Assembly: GCF_964355755.1 (NCBI RefSeq)
Contig: NC_092673.1
Span: forward strand, 9,548,001 to 9,612,000
Direction of reading: 5' to 3'
From: Antedon mediterranea
Lineage: Eukaryota > Animalia > Echinodermata
DNA length: 64,000 nt
Position numbers and translations under genes: made by a program. Positions 1 to 11,298 of the stretch are shown here, one piece after another; the stretch's first letter is position 1, and every line of letters starts with the position of its first letter. Below the pieces are notes generated by a model. The model did not search any database, was not told the DNA's origin, and saw only the letters and a list, made by a program, of their open reading frames with translations.

Positions 1-753
1 TTGCTCTCTTTTTATAGATTATTTAGTTGCTAAATATATGCAAAACGATGGGTCATAGCTCAAATTGACATTTCCAATTGAATTCTGACAAAATTTATTG
101 TTAGAGCAAGTATAAATGTGTATATTCTGAACAATTTGACACCAAACTGAACTTTTTAGGACAAATAGTTACCGAGATATCGACATATTCAAACATTAGA
201 GGTCAAGGGTCAAAAAAGTTTAATTTATGGTAATTTTTTGAAAAAAGTTTCTATTAGACTAAATATTAGATTAATTTTCTTAACATTTTGCGTGTTATTG
301 AGATATTAGGCAATCAATGTCAAAGGTCAACCTGAAAAATAAAGCCTTTGCGGCCATTTTTGTACAATTGTTTTCATTAAAGCGAATATAAATATACCGT
401 ATATCTTCCAAGCATTTTGAAAAAAAAAATTAATTTAAAATGTCCATGCGTTGTCAAGATATGGCGATTTTTAGTTATATAATAGAAAAATATAAAAATT
501 GAGGTCAGAGGTCACAGAGGTCAAATCAGATTTCCAGTAACTTTGTTTTGGCATCTCCACACTATACTCTACCAAACTGCTATGTTGAAAAATTTGTATC
601 CAGTCCGGTAACATCCCACCTCTTTTTCTCCCCTAGGGACTGGACTATAGCTACCCAACCCAGTAGATATCAAGGATGTCAAATCTTATATTTTACCTCT
701 AAGCAGGCGATTCCTCATCCTGGTCCACATATCAACCACAGAAAAGAATGCTA
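1..753 (+). repeat. 3' part of a dispersed AGGTCA-rich repeat, possibly Helitron/HINE-like
   Basis: Repeated GAGGTCAA/AAAGGTCA blocks, ending ...ATGCTAG followed by a T-run. Similar AGGTCA-rich sequence at 63540-64000. Confidence 0.4.
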
Positions 754-881
754 GTTTTTATTATTCTTTTTATCATATGTACAGTATCTATAAAAATTCA
801 TTAATAGCAAGATGCTAGCAAATTTTTCGCAGTCACTTGTCTCTTCTACCTTTCAAAAATAAAAATGTTAAAAAAACTTAC

Positions 882-1006
882 AGGAAGCTTGGATAATCTG
901 CAGGTATGGTTGTAACGCCTTGAACTAAATAATGAACGTGGAAGTTTGGTAGAATTATTTTCTGCAGCCGCTTTAAATGCAATATCTGAATTGTAGGTTC
1001 TTGCAG
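882..1006 (-). CDS. GTF3C5: Probable GTF3C5 coding exon 5 (gene continues beyond window start)
   Basis: Acceptor CATTGCAG, open in the phase set by exon 4: (S)ARTYNSDIAFKAAAENNSTKLPRSLFSSRRYNHTCRLSKLP. Donor GTAAGT. Low sequence conservation, so support is mostly splice signals and phase. Confidence 0.72.
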
Positions 1007-1626
1007 CTGCAATGATAAATGAGTGCGTCAATGATGCAATATCCCACTCGTATAGTAAATTGACAATATTTTGAACTTATTAATAATTATAATAAAATAA
1101 GGCAACAAATGCATAGACAACAAAAATATGAAGCTGCTGTTATAAATATTCCAAAATTCATTTTCATTTATCCACTATAAACTGTACAATAAATAATAGA
1201 TCAAAGAAAATAATGATAGGAAATTTGCAGAAAGAAGCAAAATTTGCTTTGCTACCGGTATAATTCTCTGTTACTACGGAAATATTATGGACATATACGA
1301 AAATGAAGATAATTGAAAACTACACGGAAAAATAAACCATTTGTGATGCTAAGTAGCTAGTATTATGTTTTTACTGTAATACAGTTTATTAATTTTCAAA
1401 ATTAATCTAGCACAAGCTCGTATTTGGTGTAGACTGCTGTCTGTTGAGTTAAATAAGAGCTCGCCTCTCCTCTCGCAGCGTAGGAATTGTGTACTGTATA
1501 CGTAGTCACATTGTAAATTTATTATTATTATTATTATTAATAAATAATATAAAAAGGGCTAGACTAGACCTAGGCCCCATTATTATTATTATTCATATTA
1601 TTACATTTATTAGGTCCTAACTAGGT

Positions 1627-1937
1627 AATAATAATAATATTAATACGAATTTGTAATGCGCCAATTCTAGCAGTAAGTGATCAAATGCGCGGTGTATGAG
1701 AGAGCTCAATTTGAAAGAAAAAGATGAGTTTTCAAGGCAGATTTAAAGGCGATAGTAAAAGAACATGATCTAATAGAGGCTGGTAGGTCATTCCATAAGC
1801 TAGAGGCAGCAGAAGTAAAGGTGCTTATGCCATACGTTTTAGTGTTAAAAGTCGGAATGGAAAGGAGATTTTTTGAAGACGACGAGAAGGTATGTGAGGT
1901 AGGGGAGGGCCTACCTGTCCTAGAGCAATTAGGCACT
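1627..1937 (-). mobile_element. 3' end of an L2/CR1-group LINE (5'-truncated)
   Basis: ORF ...TKTYGISTFTSAASSLWNDLPASIR...FKSALKTHLF (typical ORF2 C-terminus), then a short 3' UTR and an (ATT)n tail. Confidence 0.8.
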
Positions 1938-3113
1938 GTTATGCTTCATGAATGACAGCGACCCAGTTGCATCATGAAGGTCCATTTCTTACTTCCGTGG
2001 TATTTTGAAGGTTCATTCTATAACTACTAGCTAGATCCTATTATTAATTAGTAGGAAGGCAGGTAGGTAGTTTTAATAAAGTTATTTTGTTTACTTTATA
2101 AAAAATGCATGACTCTATGATGGAACAACTTATTATGGAGGTCCAAAATAATTTGATCCTGTGTTTGTAGGGGGAAGAGAGCGAAAATACTAGCGTAATG
2201 AAGTAGCCTATATGATTGGATTGTACTAGGAAAAGTTACTATATTTGAACTGTCCAGGGGAGGAGTTAAGGTTTGTTGATGGTGGCTGGGGTGGTGAAAG
2301 GAGAAAGAAGGCTGGGGGACCGCAGTATCTAAATTACATATTTCAATTATCTGCCAATATGACACCTATTCATTTACACAATTTACAACGTACTTCAACC
2401 ATTATTAGACCCATCATAGCTATGCATACTCATCTCAATTTGAAGCTGGGAAGAATTTGTTTTTATGAAAGAGTATGGGGTGTTATTGAAGAGGGGTGGA
2501 GGTTGGTGAGTATAGACAGATACTGGCGTCGGGTGTTATGTACTGAGAAGGCTGTAAACTAATTTTGAAACCCGCCCTGGGCCGGGTATATTGCTAGTAG
2601 ACTTATATATCTATATTGACCTAGCCTGAGAAAAAGTCATCACGGATTAATGTTTGGAATAGACCATGGGGTCTTTCTTTTTTTGTTGATTATGTTTACC
2701 CATTCCGGTCTTTTTCTCTTTCTGGTGACGGTTGACAAATAATACAACAGAATAACATCTTCGTCGTCGTCGTTGCTGTAATCTGCCATTGTCAATGTTT
2801 ACATCGTTCAACTTCAATGATTTATAATTAGTATAGCGCACGAACCGAAGAAGGAATTCGTGCACCGATGTGAACGCACTAATTTAAAAAAAGTAGCGCG
2901 GACCAAATTTTTCTCCGGCCACCGACCCGGACTTGATGTGAACGTAGCTTAAGCTCGGACTCACATGTCTTATGGTGTGCTTATATTGTTGTTCGGATAT
3001 TCTACCTTAAATCAGGGAGTTGAATTTATTTTACAACTCCCTGCTTAAATGGTGTTAGTACACAACAAAAAGGTATTTAAAATAAGGAAATATGATGAGT
3101 CAAATATTCTTAC

Positions 3114-3321
3114 AAAGGCGAATCCGGACATCCAACATTTGATATATCTTGGCCTTTGGATCTTTCCTTGGGTCATATCCAATTTTACACCACAGCGCCC
3201 TCCAAGGACCTGTCACAAAATAATATGCAATGGTTGGCAAAACCACTTTTATGTTCTTGAATTCCAAGTTTGCAATGCCCATCAAAGATGTTCGAGACCA
3301 GATAGGCCGCTCCTCAAATAA
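3114..3321 (-). CDS. GTF3C5: GTF3C5 coding exon 4
   Basis: LFEERPIWSRTSL...KVVLPTIAYYFVTGPWRALWCKIGYDPRKDPKAKIYQMLDVRIR, the Tau95 core motifs. Acceptor CTATAG, donor GTAAGA, 208 nt. Confidence 0.95.
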
Positions 3322-3559
3322 CTATAGATCAAAAGAGAAAATGTTAACAAAAATGTTATTATTTAATAAAATGCTGCTTTTTCAATCCATATTCTACGTA
3401 TCCAAATTTCTAACACCTTTCAATGTTGTTGCTCAGATAATTCCCTTCCGAATTTGCTATTTATGTGCTTCATTTTGATGACATTTTATCATGTTAAAAA
3501 TTGGATTAAGTGATGGGTCTTGTAATTTCATCTATGCTGCACTGTTTATAGTATGTATA

Positions 3560-3752
3560 ATATACAGTTTATAGTGTATACTGCGTATATACTTAGACAC
3601 AAAACAGAAAGCACACTAACAACATCTTCTTTTTTTCAGGTCACAATGGCATAATCGTTTTTCTGTGCGCAATATTCTAACGTATGACGTGCACGTAGCA
3701 TTTGTTGTGCGGATAACCTAACTCGTCCATAGTGACGAGTTCAAATCTAGTT
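3560..3752 (+). mobile_element. 3' end of HINE/Helitron-like element
   Basis: GCGGATAACC + AACTCGTC..GACGAGTT hairpin + CTAG then T-run, the same terminus as 37060-37103. Confidence 0.65.
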
Positions 3753-5444
3753 TTGTTTTTATTTGTCTAGGTACTCAGAAAACTGAAAATACTTAGTTAT
3801 GTACTAGCCAGTCTGTGCAACTTAACTGGTCAACAAAATACAATTATTAAAAAATACAATTGTGTTTTTTGTCTAGATTTGGTTCATGGCGAAGAACAAT
3901 TGGGGGAAGTTCTGGTTTTATTTGAAAAGTGTTTAGTTTTTATCAAAATGTTATGGTACATTTGGACAATTGAATTGTTTGTTAATGTTATATTCTGTTG
4001 GTCGGTGTCTTGTCATAGAATGACATTATGACATCTGATTGGTCATCACATTGTTACATTGCCATTAAATGCTATTTTGAGCCCTTAAGAGAAGTCAATA
4101 TTCCCAATGATTAGACACTTTCCCTGAAATTGTTGACATATTGTAAAAATGATTATATTACATTAACTGAGGTCATTCCTTGTAATGCACTACCTAAAGT
4201 AGCTTGCATTGAATGTTCTCTCATACAGTCTTAGGCTTATAGTTTTGTACACCCAGTTGGTAAACAGTGGTAATGTACAAACATTGTACGCTGGTTATAA
4301 TCCTAGCCCGGCGTTGTCTCGAATCATCCATTAATACAAATTGGGGAAAATGGTATTTGTTATTGTTCTTCCACTGGCTTTTCATTCATGATCGATCGAA
4401 AGTGGAAGCATCACAGAAGTATAATGAAAATATCACTCCGTGCACTATGCATGCTGGTATTTATAGCAGGCTGCTCAAAATATTAGAATCTGCTTATTTT
4501 TCACATTTTTAAAAGCTTTTAACAATTAACGCAATGGGCCCATATAGTATTTATTTCTACATAAAATGCACTTTGAGACCTTAAATTATAAAAAAAAAAC
4601 GTAGGAAAAGTGTATATAAGACACTCTGGCAATTTAAACTACATTGGCCAGTGGATCACATTTTCTTACCTCATGCCACCCTCTCAGCCCAAACCATGGT
4701 TGTTTAGAGTTTATAGTTTTTTCCTCGCAGCCACTATAACAAAATATTGCATTCGCCTCAGTAGTGGTAGGATTGAGGAGGACTCTACCACCACAGCAAC
4801 ACTATGGTTGGGTCTGAGGTAAGAAAATAAATGACCAAAATATGGACCTTTAATTATTTTTCTTAATTTTTTTAATTCATTTTATTTATTAATAATTTTT
4901 TTATTGTCCAAGTGGAGTTTACTAGTGTAGCAGACCTACCACATATCTTTTAAACAATTCAACATTTACTTTTAATTTGATTTAATCCTCTATATATCTC
5001 TTTATTTAACCTCACATTGACAGGTTACCTTCACTTTTCTAGCTAATGGATTTTAAGAATGTTAATGACTCTAACAGAAAACCACATTAATTCTCTTAAT
5101 CCTAATTGGTCAGATGAGATGGGCCAAGCCCAATATTACCATGCACTGACCACATTATTAACACAATCTTTTCTCAACTAGTCATGTAGCTACACCGTTT
5201 TATTGCTCTGTCTTATCAAACATTGTATATTGTATATTTTATCTATTTATTGAGAATCCTCACTTGATTCGTTTGGAATAAATGGCATACTTACTTTATA
5301 CATTTAGTAGTTGTTTTATTTTACCGTTGCGCCAACAATTACTAAACTAGCAAGCGGTCTGGTTTGATTACCCGCTCACCCTCCACAACCTCCTGAGAAA
5401 AGGCCTACGTGACTACAGTAGAACTAAATTAAATGGTTTCTTAC

Positions 5445-5824
5445 TTTCTTTACCATATTAACATCATCATTAAGTTTATACCTCTTCAGCACTTCTACAG
5501 CAGCTGGCATTGGTTCAATGGGAATCCCTTTGTCTTCAAATTTCAAAAATATTGCATTGTTATTTCTTCGATCTCTATCAGTTCCAACTAAATGAGCCTC
5601 GTGTAATATTTTGCTTTTTATTCTTTGTACTTGTTTCTCTTGTTTGTAGTTGTAATCACAAGAAACATCAGTGCGCGAGAATACTTCAGGTAAAAGAAAT
5701 AGAGGCACATCTCGTTTAAAGTAAGATGAGTCTTCTAATTTACTAGGAACAATTTTATCGAGAATTGATTCACAAGTATTAGAGCTACTTTTTGTCATTG
5801 GAAGGTACTGAAAATCAACAAAAC
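5445..5824 (-). CDS. GTF3C5: GTF3C5 coding exon 3
   Basis: Acceptor TTCTTCCAG, then (S)FVDFQYLPM...PLFLLPEVFSRTDVSCDYNYK...NMVKK (DFQY and PxxFSRxD motifs). 380 nt, phase 1 to 0, donor GTAAGA. Confidence 0.92.
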
Positions 5825-6322
5825 CTGGAAGAAAAAAAAAATATGTACATGGCTTTAAAAATTGTATGTATCACGTACAACATTTTGCTTTTTGTAAAAA
5901 CATTTTGTAAAAACATCAAGTTTTTTCTATTGGGTTTGCTTATTAGGTTAAATGCATTATCATGCGTAATAACCTTATTGATTTTGTCAGAATCTTTATT
6001 TATTTATTTATTTATTCTTTCCTTAACATTAATTTGTTTATCAATTATCTTGATATCAGTTTCATCTAGATATGTAAATTTTTGAGAGTATATTCCTTAT
6101 TTCCAGGAATCGATGTGATTATCTTTTCACGGTATGTAATTAAAAATTACGCGGTCTACATACGATTCCCTTCAACCAAATTTGGTACTCATAAATTTCT
6201 GGTCATATTTCATCATATGGCAACACAATTACGTGCATAGCGTATATAACGCATGCGTACGCATGCTTAAAATTGTCAAAATTTATTTTCGATGGAATTA
6301 GAGTACGTTTCAGTTTTACAAC

Positions 6323-7290
6323 TGTTATAGTCTGAAATAAAGATATAAAAATAGCGCCCCCTAACAATTTGTACCATTAAGGAATACCCCTCGTAGCGAT
6401 TGGTACCGTCCAAACAATGAAAAGACGATAACATGAGTGATGCGGCCATTGTGGTTTGACATCTAATACTGTACATCGTGTATCATTATTGTCTTGTAGG
6501 TATGTAAAGATAACTGGGTTATTTCATTAAGTAAATTGTCAGGAAGTAGAACGGAGATGAGTCTACTTATTTAGAAATTATGTAGGAACGAACGATGAAG
6601 CATGAATCTTTAGAAACAGTATTTTAAGGGATAAATCACCCTGTATCTTGCCGTGAATGATTATAAAATGTGACAACATAGGTAACGATAAATTATGTCT
6701 GGATAGGAATGTTCGGGTAATTTACCAGTAGGGTAACAAATACTGTAAGCGATTACTTTATGCGTTGTTATAATTATTGGCACTATACTAGGATAAGTTA
6801 TAATGTATACGGTACTCAGATAAGCCTAATGTATTTACTGTTCATTGATTCGACTCGCATGTGTGAGATGAATTCCGTTACTGTAATTTGTGTCGACGGT
6901 CAGCGTACGCGGTGGTACGACTATGGAGGGCGCACTTGTTGTTTACTTTGCTGTCAGGCCTAGATTATAATGCATAGTTAGGCATAGAGATGGGTATTAC
7001 AGTACTATTGATGACGCACGGAATAATTATACGGTATTGTTCTATGAGGGAAAGATATATTTAATCAAGAATGTGTTTAACATGTTGTTTTTGGATATTA
7101 AGAGAAAGAAAGGGAATAATGTAAATTCTGCTAGTAATCTACGATATGAGGTTTCTTGCATTGTGGTTCGACATCTAATACTGTAAATCGTGTATCATTA
7201 TTGTTTTGTAGGGTGCTGACCTCATGCTGCTGTGACCTTCGATTACTGAACCTAACGCCCTCTAGCTATTAGTGCATATTGGGTGTAACA
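6323..7290. mobile_element. Solo LTR (968 bp)
   Basis: Termini TGTTA...TAACA, 4-bp TSD CAAC on both sides, internal ~54-bp direct repeat (6447-6500, 7159-7212). Interrupts a HINE-like fragment. Confidence 0.7.
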
Positions 7291-8471
7291 CAACCTTTCT
7301 TTAGTAATTTCATCATATTTTATTCACTTTTCAACTTAAAACCATGTTATGTTATACGAGCATGTCAAAAGTGACAGGCTATGCATGTGTAAGTTAACAA
7401 AATGGTAAAAATATGCTAAAATTTCAAAATTAATATACCATAAAACCTCGAAAAGTAGCCCATGGGCTTAAACCTCGAAAAGAAGCCCCCCTCTACAGTT
7501 TGCAAAAGTACTCTCGAAAATAAAGCCCCCTGGGCTTCTTTTCAAGAAGCGATGCGAGTAAGACGTGTTGAATAATCGCTCCTGGAAATCAAACATTTCA
7601 CGTGACACACCAGCTGAATGCATTATTACACATAGTCTACCTACATTTACTATTGTTCATTTACCTCAAGGAATTTTGTTTACTCGATCCCAGTGTCTTA
7701 TTTGCTCGCAACATAATAATACTACTTATACTAATACTACTTCATCAGCACGACTCAATACGAAAATAAATCGAGTCCAACACATTCCATAGATTGCTTT
7801 GAAAGTGGCGAGGCTGGTTTATGCAAATATTTCACTCCAACACAACTTTTAAGTTTTATGTTTCAACTTTTTAGTCGTGCTGATGAAGTAGTATTAGTAT
7901 AAGTAGTATTATTAGTATTATTATGTTGCGAGCAAATAAGACATTAAAATGAGCTACAGGCGCAAATTGATAACAATGGTATCTTAACAACTTTACACGC
8001 TTTTAGTACGGATTGTCTTCTAGCTCGATATTTGTACCAAAATAGATTTTTTTAGCTAATTGTGTTATTCTTGAGATGCTGAATCCCCAAAAGTTAGGTG
8101 CAATTTTTTTTCGCCCACTTCTTCAGCCGCCATTTTGTATTCAAAATGGCTGACGTTCCACACTAAAGTTGGTCATCCATGATATCATTGGAATGGGAAT
8201 GTAATACTGATCATTTTATTCCATTGCACCCATATCAATAAACGCATAGTTACATAGTAATTGCGCAATAAAACAAATCATGTGACCAATAAAGGTCAAA
8301 ATCGTACGCAAATCACAAATGTAAATTGTGTATTAAGTTCAAATCAATGCAATAGTGTATGTGGAATACCCCAAGGCTCCATTCTAGGCCCACAATTGTT
8401 CCTTCTTTATATAAATGACCTACCTAAGCATGTTTTTAATGTAAAAATCAGTATGTATGCAGATGACACTG

Positions 8472-8922
8472 CTCATACTGCGTTGAAACACCGGTTCACG
8501 TCAGATCACCGAAGTTAAGCAACGTTGGGCCTGGTTGCGTTCTGGATGGGAGACCGTCTAGAAATCGCGGCGGGTGCTGTATATACTGGAGAGTGATGGT
8601 GTAATGGTAATATCGGACTAGCATGTGATAGGCATGGGTTCGAGGTTATCTGTACCATACTAATTGCATCCTTAGGCAAGATGCTTTACTCTCATTGCCT
8701 CGTCCTTCGGATGGGATGTAAAGCCGTTGGTCCCGTGTGCTTAACAGTGCACATTAAAGAACTTGGTACACTATTCGAAAAGAGTAGGGGATCGTCTCCC
8801 GGTGTGCTGATCTGGTAGGCGCTGCACTGCTGGCTGCCGTGGGTCCGTGGAGGGCCTAATCCGAATTACCTCAGTTTCCAGTTAAGCTTGAGGACAAATA
8901 TGAATACCTTTACCTTTACCTT
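8472..8922 (+). mobile_element. Composite SINE: 5S rRNA head + tRNA-like segment + CORE-like segment + Deu(Nin) domain + (ACCTTT)n tail
   Basis: 5S-like CATACTGCGTTGAAACACCGGTTCACGTCAGATCACCGAAGTTAAGC...TGGATGGGAGACC; A box TGGTGTAATGG; B box GGTTCGAG; Deu-like CCTTCGGATGGGATGTAAAGCCG...TAAAGAAC...TTCGAAAAGAGTAGGGG...CCCGGTGT; tandem tail. Confidence 0.82.
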
Positions 8923-9238
8923 CTATATTATACATCTCATGATATAGATGATGTCATCAACAAAATTAATATTGATTTAGGAAATATACAAAATTGGTTA
9001 TCATGTAACAAACTTAGTTTAAATGTAAAGAAGACAGAATGTATGTTTATTGGGACTAACAACAAATTAGCAAAATTAATAGATAAGGATCTTAACTTAA
9101 ATATCAATGGTGAACGTTTAAAAAGGGTTGTAAACATTATAGGTGTCTATATTGATGAAAATTTATCATGGAAAAAGCAAACTAATCATGTTAAATAAAA
9201 GGTCCTGCCTGGTTTGTTTTACTTGAGAAAGACATGTA

Positions 9239-10114
9239 CCGTATATTTTGGTGTATAAGTCGCACTTTTGACACGCAAATTTGACTTCTAAATTAAGGGT
9301 GCGTCTTATACACCGAACATAATGCCTCACCACACAGAGTGTACATATCGTCACCTCGTTGGCTAGGCCTGAGTAGGCTAGGCCTAGCTACAGTGTACTA
9401 ACGTAACGGCAACCTGCTTCTGCCTAGTTTTCAAGGCATTTTAGCGTGATGTTATACCAGGGAGTTACAACTCCCTGGTTATACTAATATGATGAAAAGA
9501 TTTGTTTATTATGGAGCTGTTTTAGGCGTTCCGATAAAATTTCCTTTGTAAACGTTTACGATTGGAATAGGCCTAGGCGTAGTATTTATTTATAGTTATA
9601 CGCACGATCGCCGACCGCCGTACCCCCAGCGCAAGCCCTTCTTGGCGGCCACATGTTGTACGGTATTCAACTAGTATATTCTCCAGGTGATTTTAGCATG
9701 GACCTAGCGAACACACTTCTCGGATACATAGATACTAATCGAATACGATTGTCCGTAAAAACGTGCGCCCTCTCGAAATGATCGAGCGAGGCTAGCCCAC
9801 ACACGTGCGTGTTACACACACGGTCATGCACACGATGTTGCGGGTGCGAAACTCATGAATAACAAGTTAGAAACAACTTGTTGAGGCTGGGCGCGGCCAA
9901 GCCTAGGTAAGAAAAAACCTAAATAAAGGACGCCGTTGTAGATATAACAAAATATATTATTACAATAATATTGATTACAATTTAAAAAAAACATTGTTTT
10001 GATGAAATATAAGGTGCGTCTTATACATCGACGATATAAAAAATACCGATATTTTACTCTCAGTTAGGGGGTGCATCTTATACATAGGTGCGACTTATAA
10101 ACCGAAATATACGG
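9239..10114. mobile_element. Tc2/pogo-like (Tc1/mariner) non-autonomous element
   Basis: TIR CCGTATATTTTGGTGTATAAGTCGCAC / GTGCGACTTATAAACCGAAATATACGG, TA TSD, subterminal GTGCGTCTTATAC repeats. Confidence 0.85.
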
Positions 10115-11001
10115 TAACCTAATATCCCAACATCTTCAGAGCATGATATATAAATCAATAATCACCCCACCTTTTGATTACTGTAATGTTGTACATTAAG
10201 TAAAAAATTGCAAGTTCTCCAAAATAGAGCAGCAAAAATTATACTACAAAAATCATGTTACGACTCCAGTTCTCAAGCTCTGCAGGATCTTAAATGGATG
10301 AACTTGAATCAAAACTTTCTTACAATTAAACTATTACTATGTTTAAGATTTTCCATAACTTAGCACCTTCATATCTTGGAAATTTTTGGTTTTCAAAATA
10401 TCTGGCTTTCTTTCACATATTTCTTTAATTTGTTGAAAGTCATTAACCTCGAATGCATTTTGTAATCTGTAACAATAAAGGTATAGGATATAACATGAAT
10501 TACGTCAATACATAGAATGTCAAAAGGTTATTGAACTTTAATAAAAAATGATTTTTTTATAAATATTAACTTATAACTTTCAGTTTTTAACAAAAAAAAT
10601 ACAATAGATGTTTTGCAAACTAATGTTTTCATGAACATATAGACCCAATAAAAAAGAAAATTGAAGTTAAAGATTAACAAAATATGAATATGCTGTGTAT
10701 TATGAAGAAATTTGTTGTTTTTAGTCATTTGTAATCGTTTACAATTATGGGGTAGGGGGTAAAAGTTTTGCATATAACTTACAATTTAGTTAACAGATTT
10801 GCATTTTCTTGCTATCAATATGTAGTGTATAGATTGCCTAATTGTAATATACTTTTTAAAAATGAATCCTGCATTTATTGACATCTTTAGAGGTCAAAAG
10901 ATCACTGACCCTCAATCACAAATGCAATTTCTTCTAAAATAGCTTATAAATTTCAATTTTAAACACAAAAATACAAGATATCTTATGCAAATTAATGTTT
11001 T

Positions 11002-11205
11002 CTATAGAATTCTATACTAGAGTTCTATAGAACATTTTATAGAGTTCTATAGAACATTTTATAGAGCTCTATGGTATTCTATAGAAGTACAACATTTCTA
11101 TAGAAACATATTTCAATTTCTATAGAATTTATTTTGTGTCTATAGAATGTTTCTTTTTTTCTATAGAACCTATAATTTTATAGAATTTCTATAGAATTTA
11201 TTTAT
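11002..11205. repeat. TTCTATAGAA-type minisatellite block (also 14640-14772, 18097-18240, 21410-21765)
   Basis: Many palindromic TTCTATAGAA/TTCCATAGAA units; a ~22-bp unit AGAGTTTCCATAGAATTTCTAT is clear in 21410-21765. Confidence 0.8.
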
Positions 11206-11298
11206 GAATTTATAATATGTGATTAATACATTGTTTCACCATTATTGAAAGATTATGGAATGAAGTGGATTGATAATTACATTTTTATTGTGCCAATA

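Larger units (their letters stand above)
8290..10380 (+). mobile_element. Degenerate CR1/L2 reverse transcriptase fragment split by two insertions
   Basis: [21 protein letters not shown]...MYADDTA | SINE | YYTSHDIDDVINKINIDLGNIQNWLSCNKLSLNVKKTECM | MITE | KKLQVLQNRAAKII...LAPSYL. Confidence 0.85.

Noticed and set aside
8472-8582. Functional 5S rRNA gene
   Set aside because: The 5' end is clipped, it is diverged, it has no oligo-T terminator, and it runs into a SINE body inside a LINE fragment.
10381-10487. Extra GTF3C5 exon in intron 2
   Set aside because: Exons 2 and 3 already join in phase to give YKFKSFVDFQY as in orthologues, and this piece runs into a LINE fragment without a clear donor.
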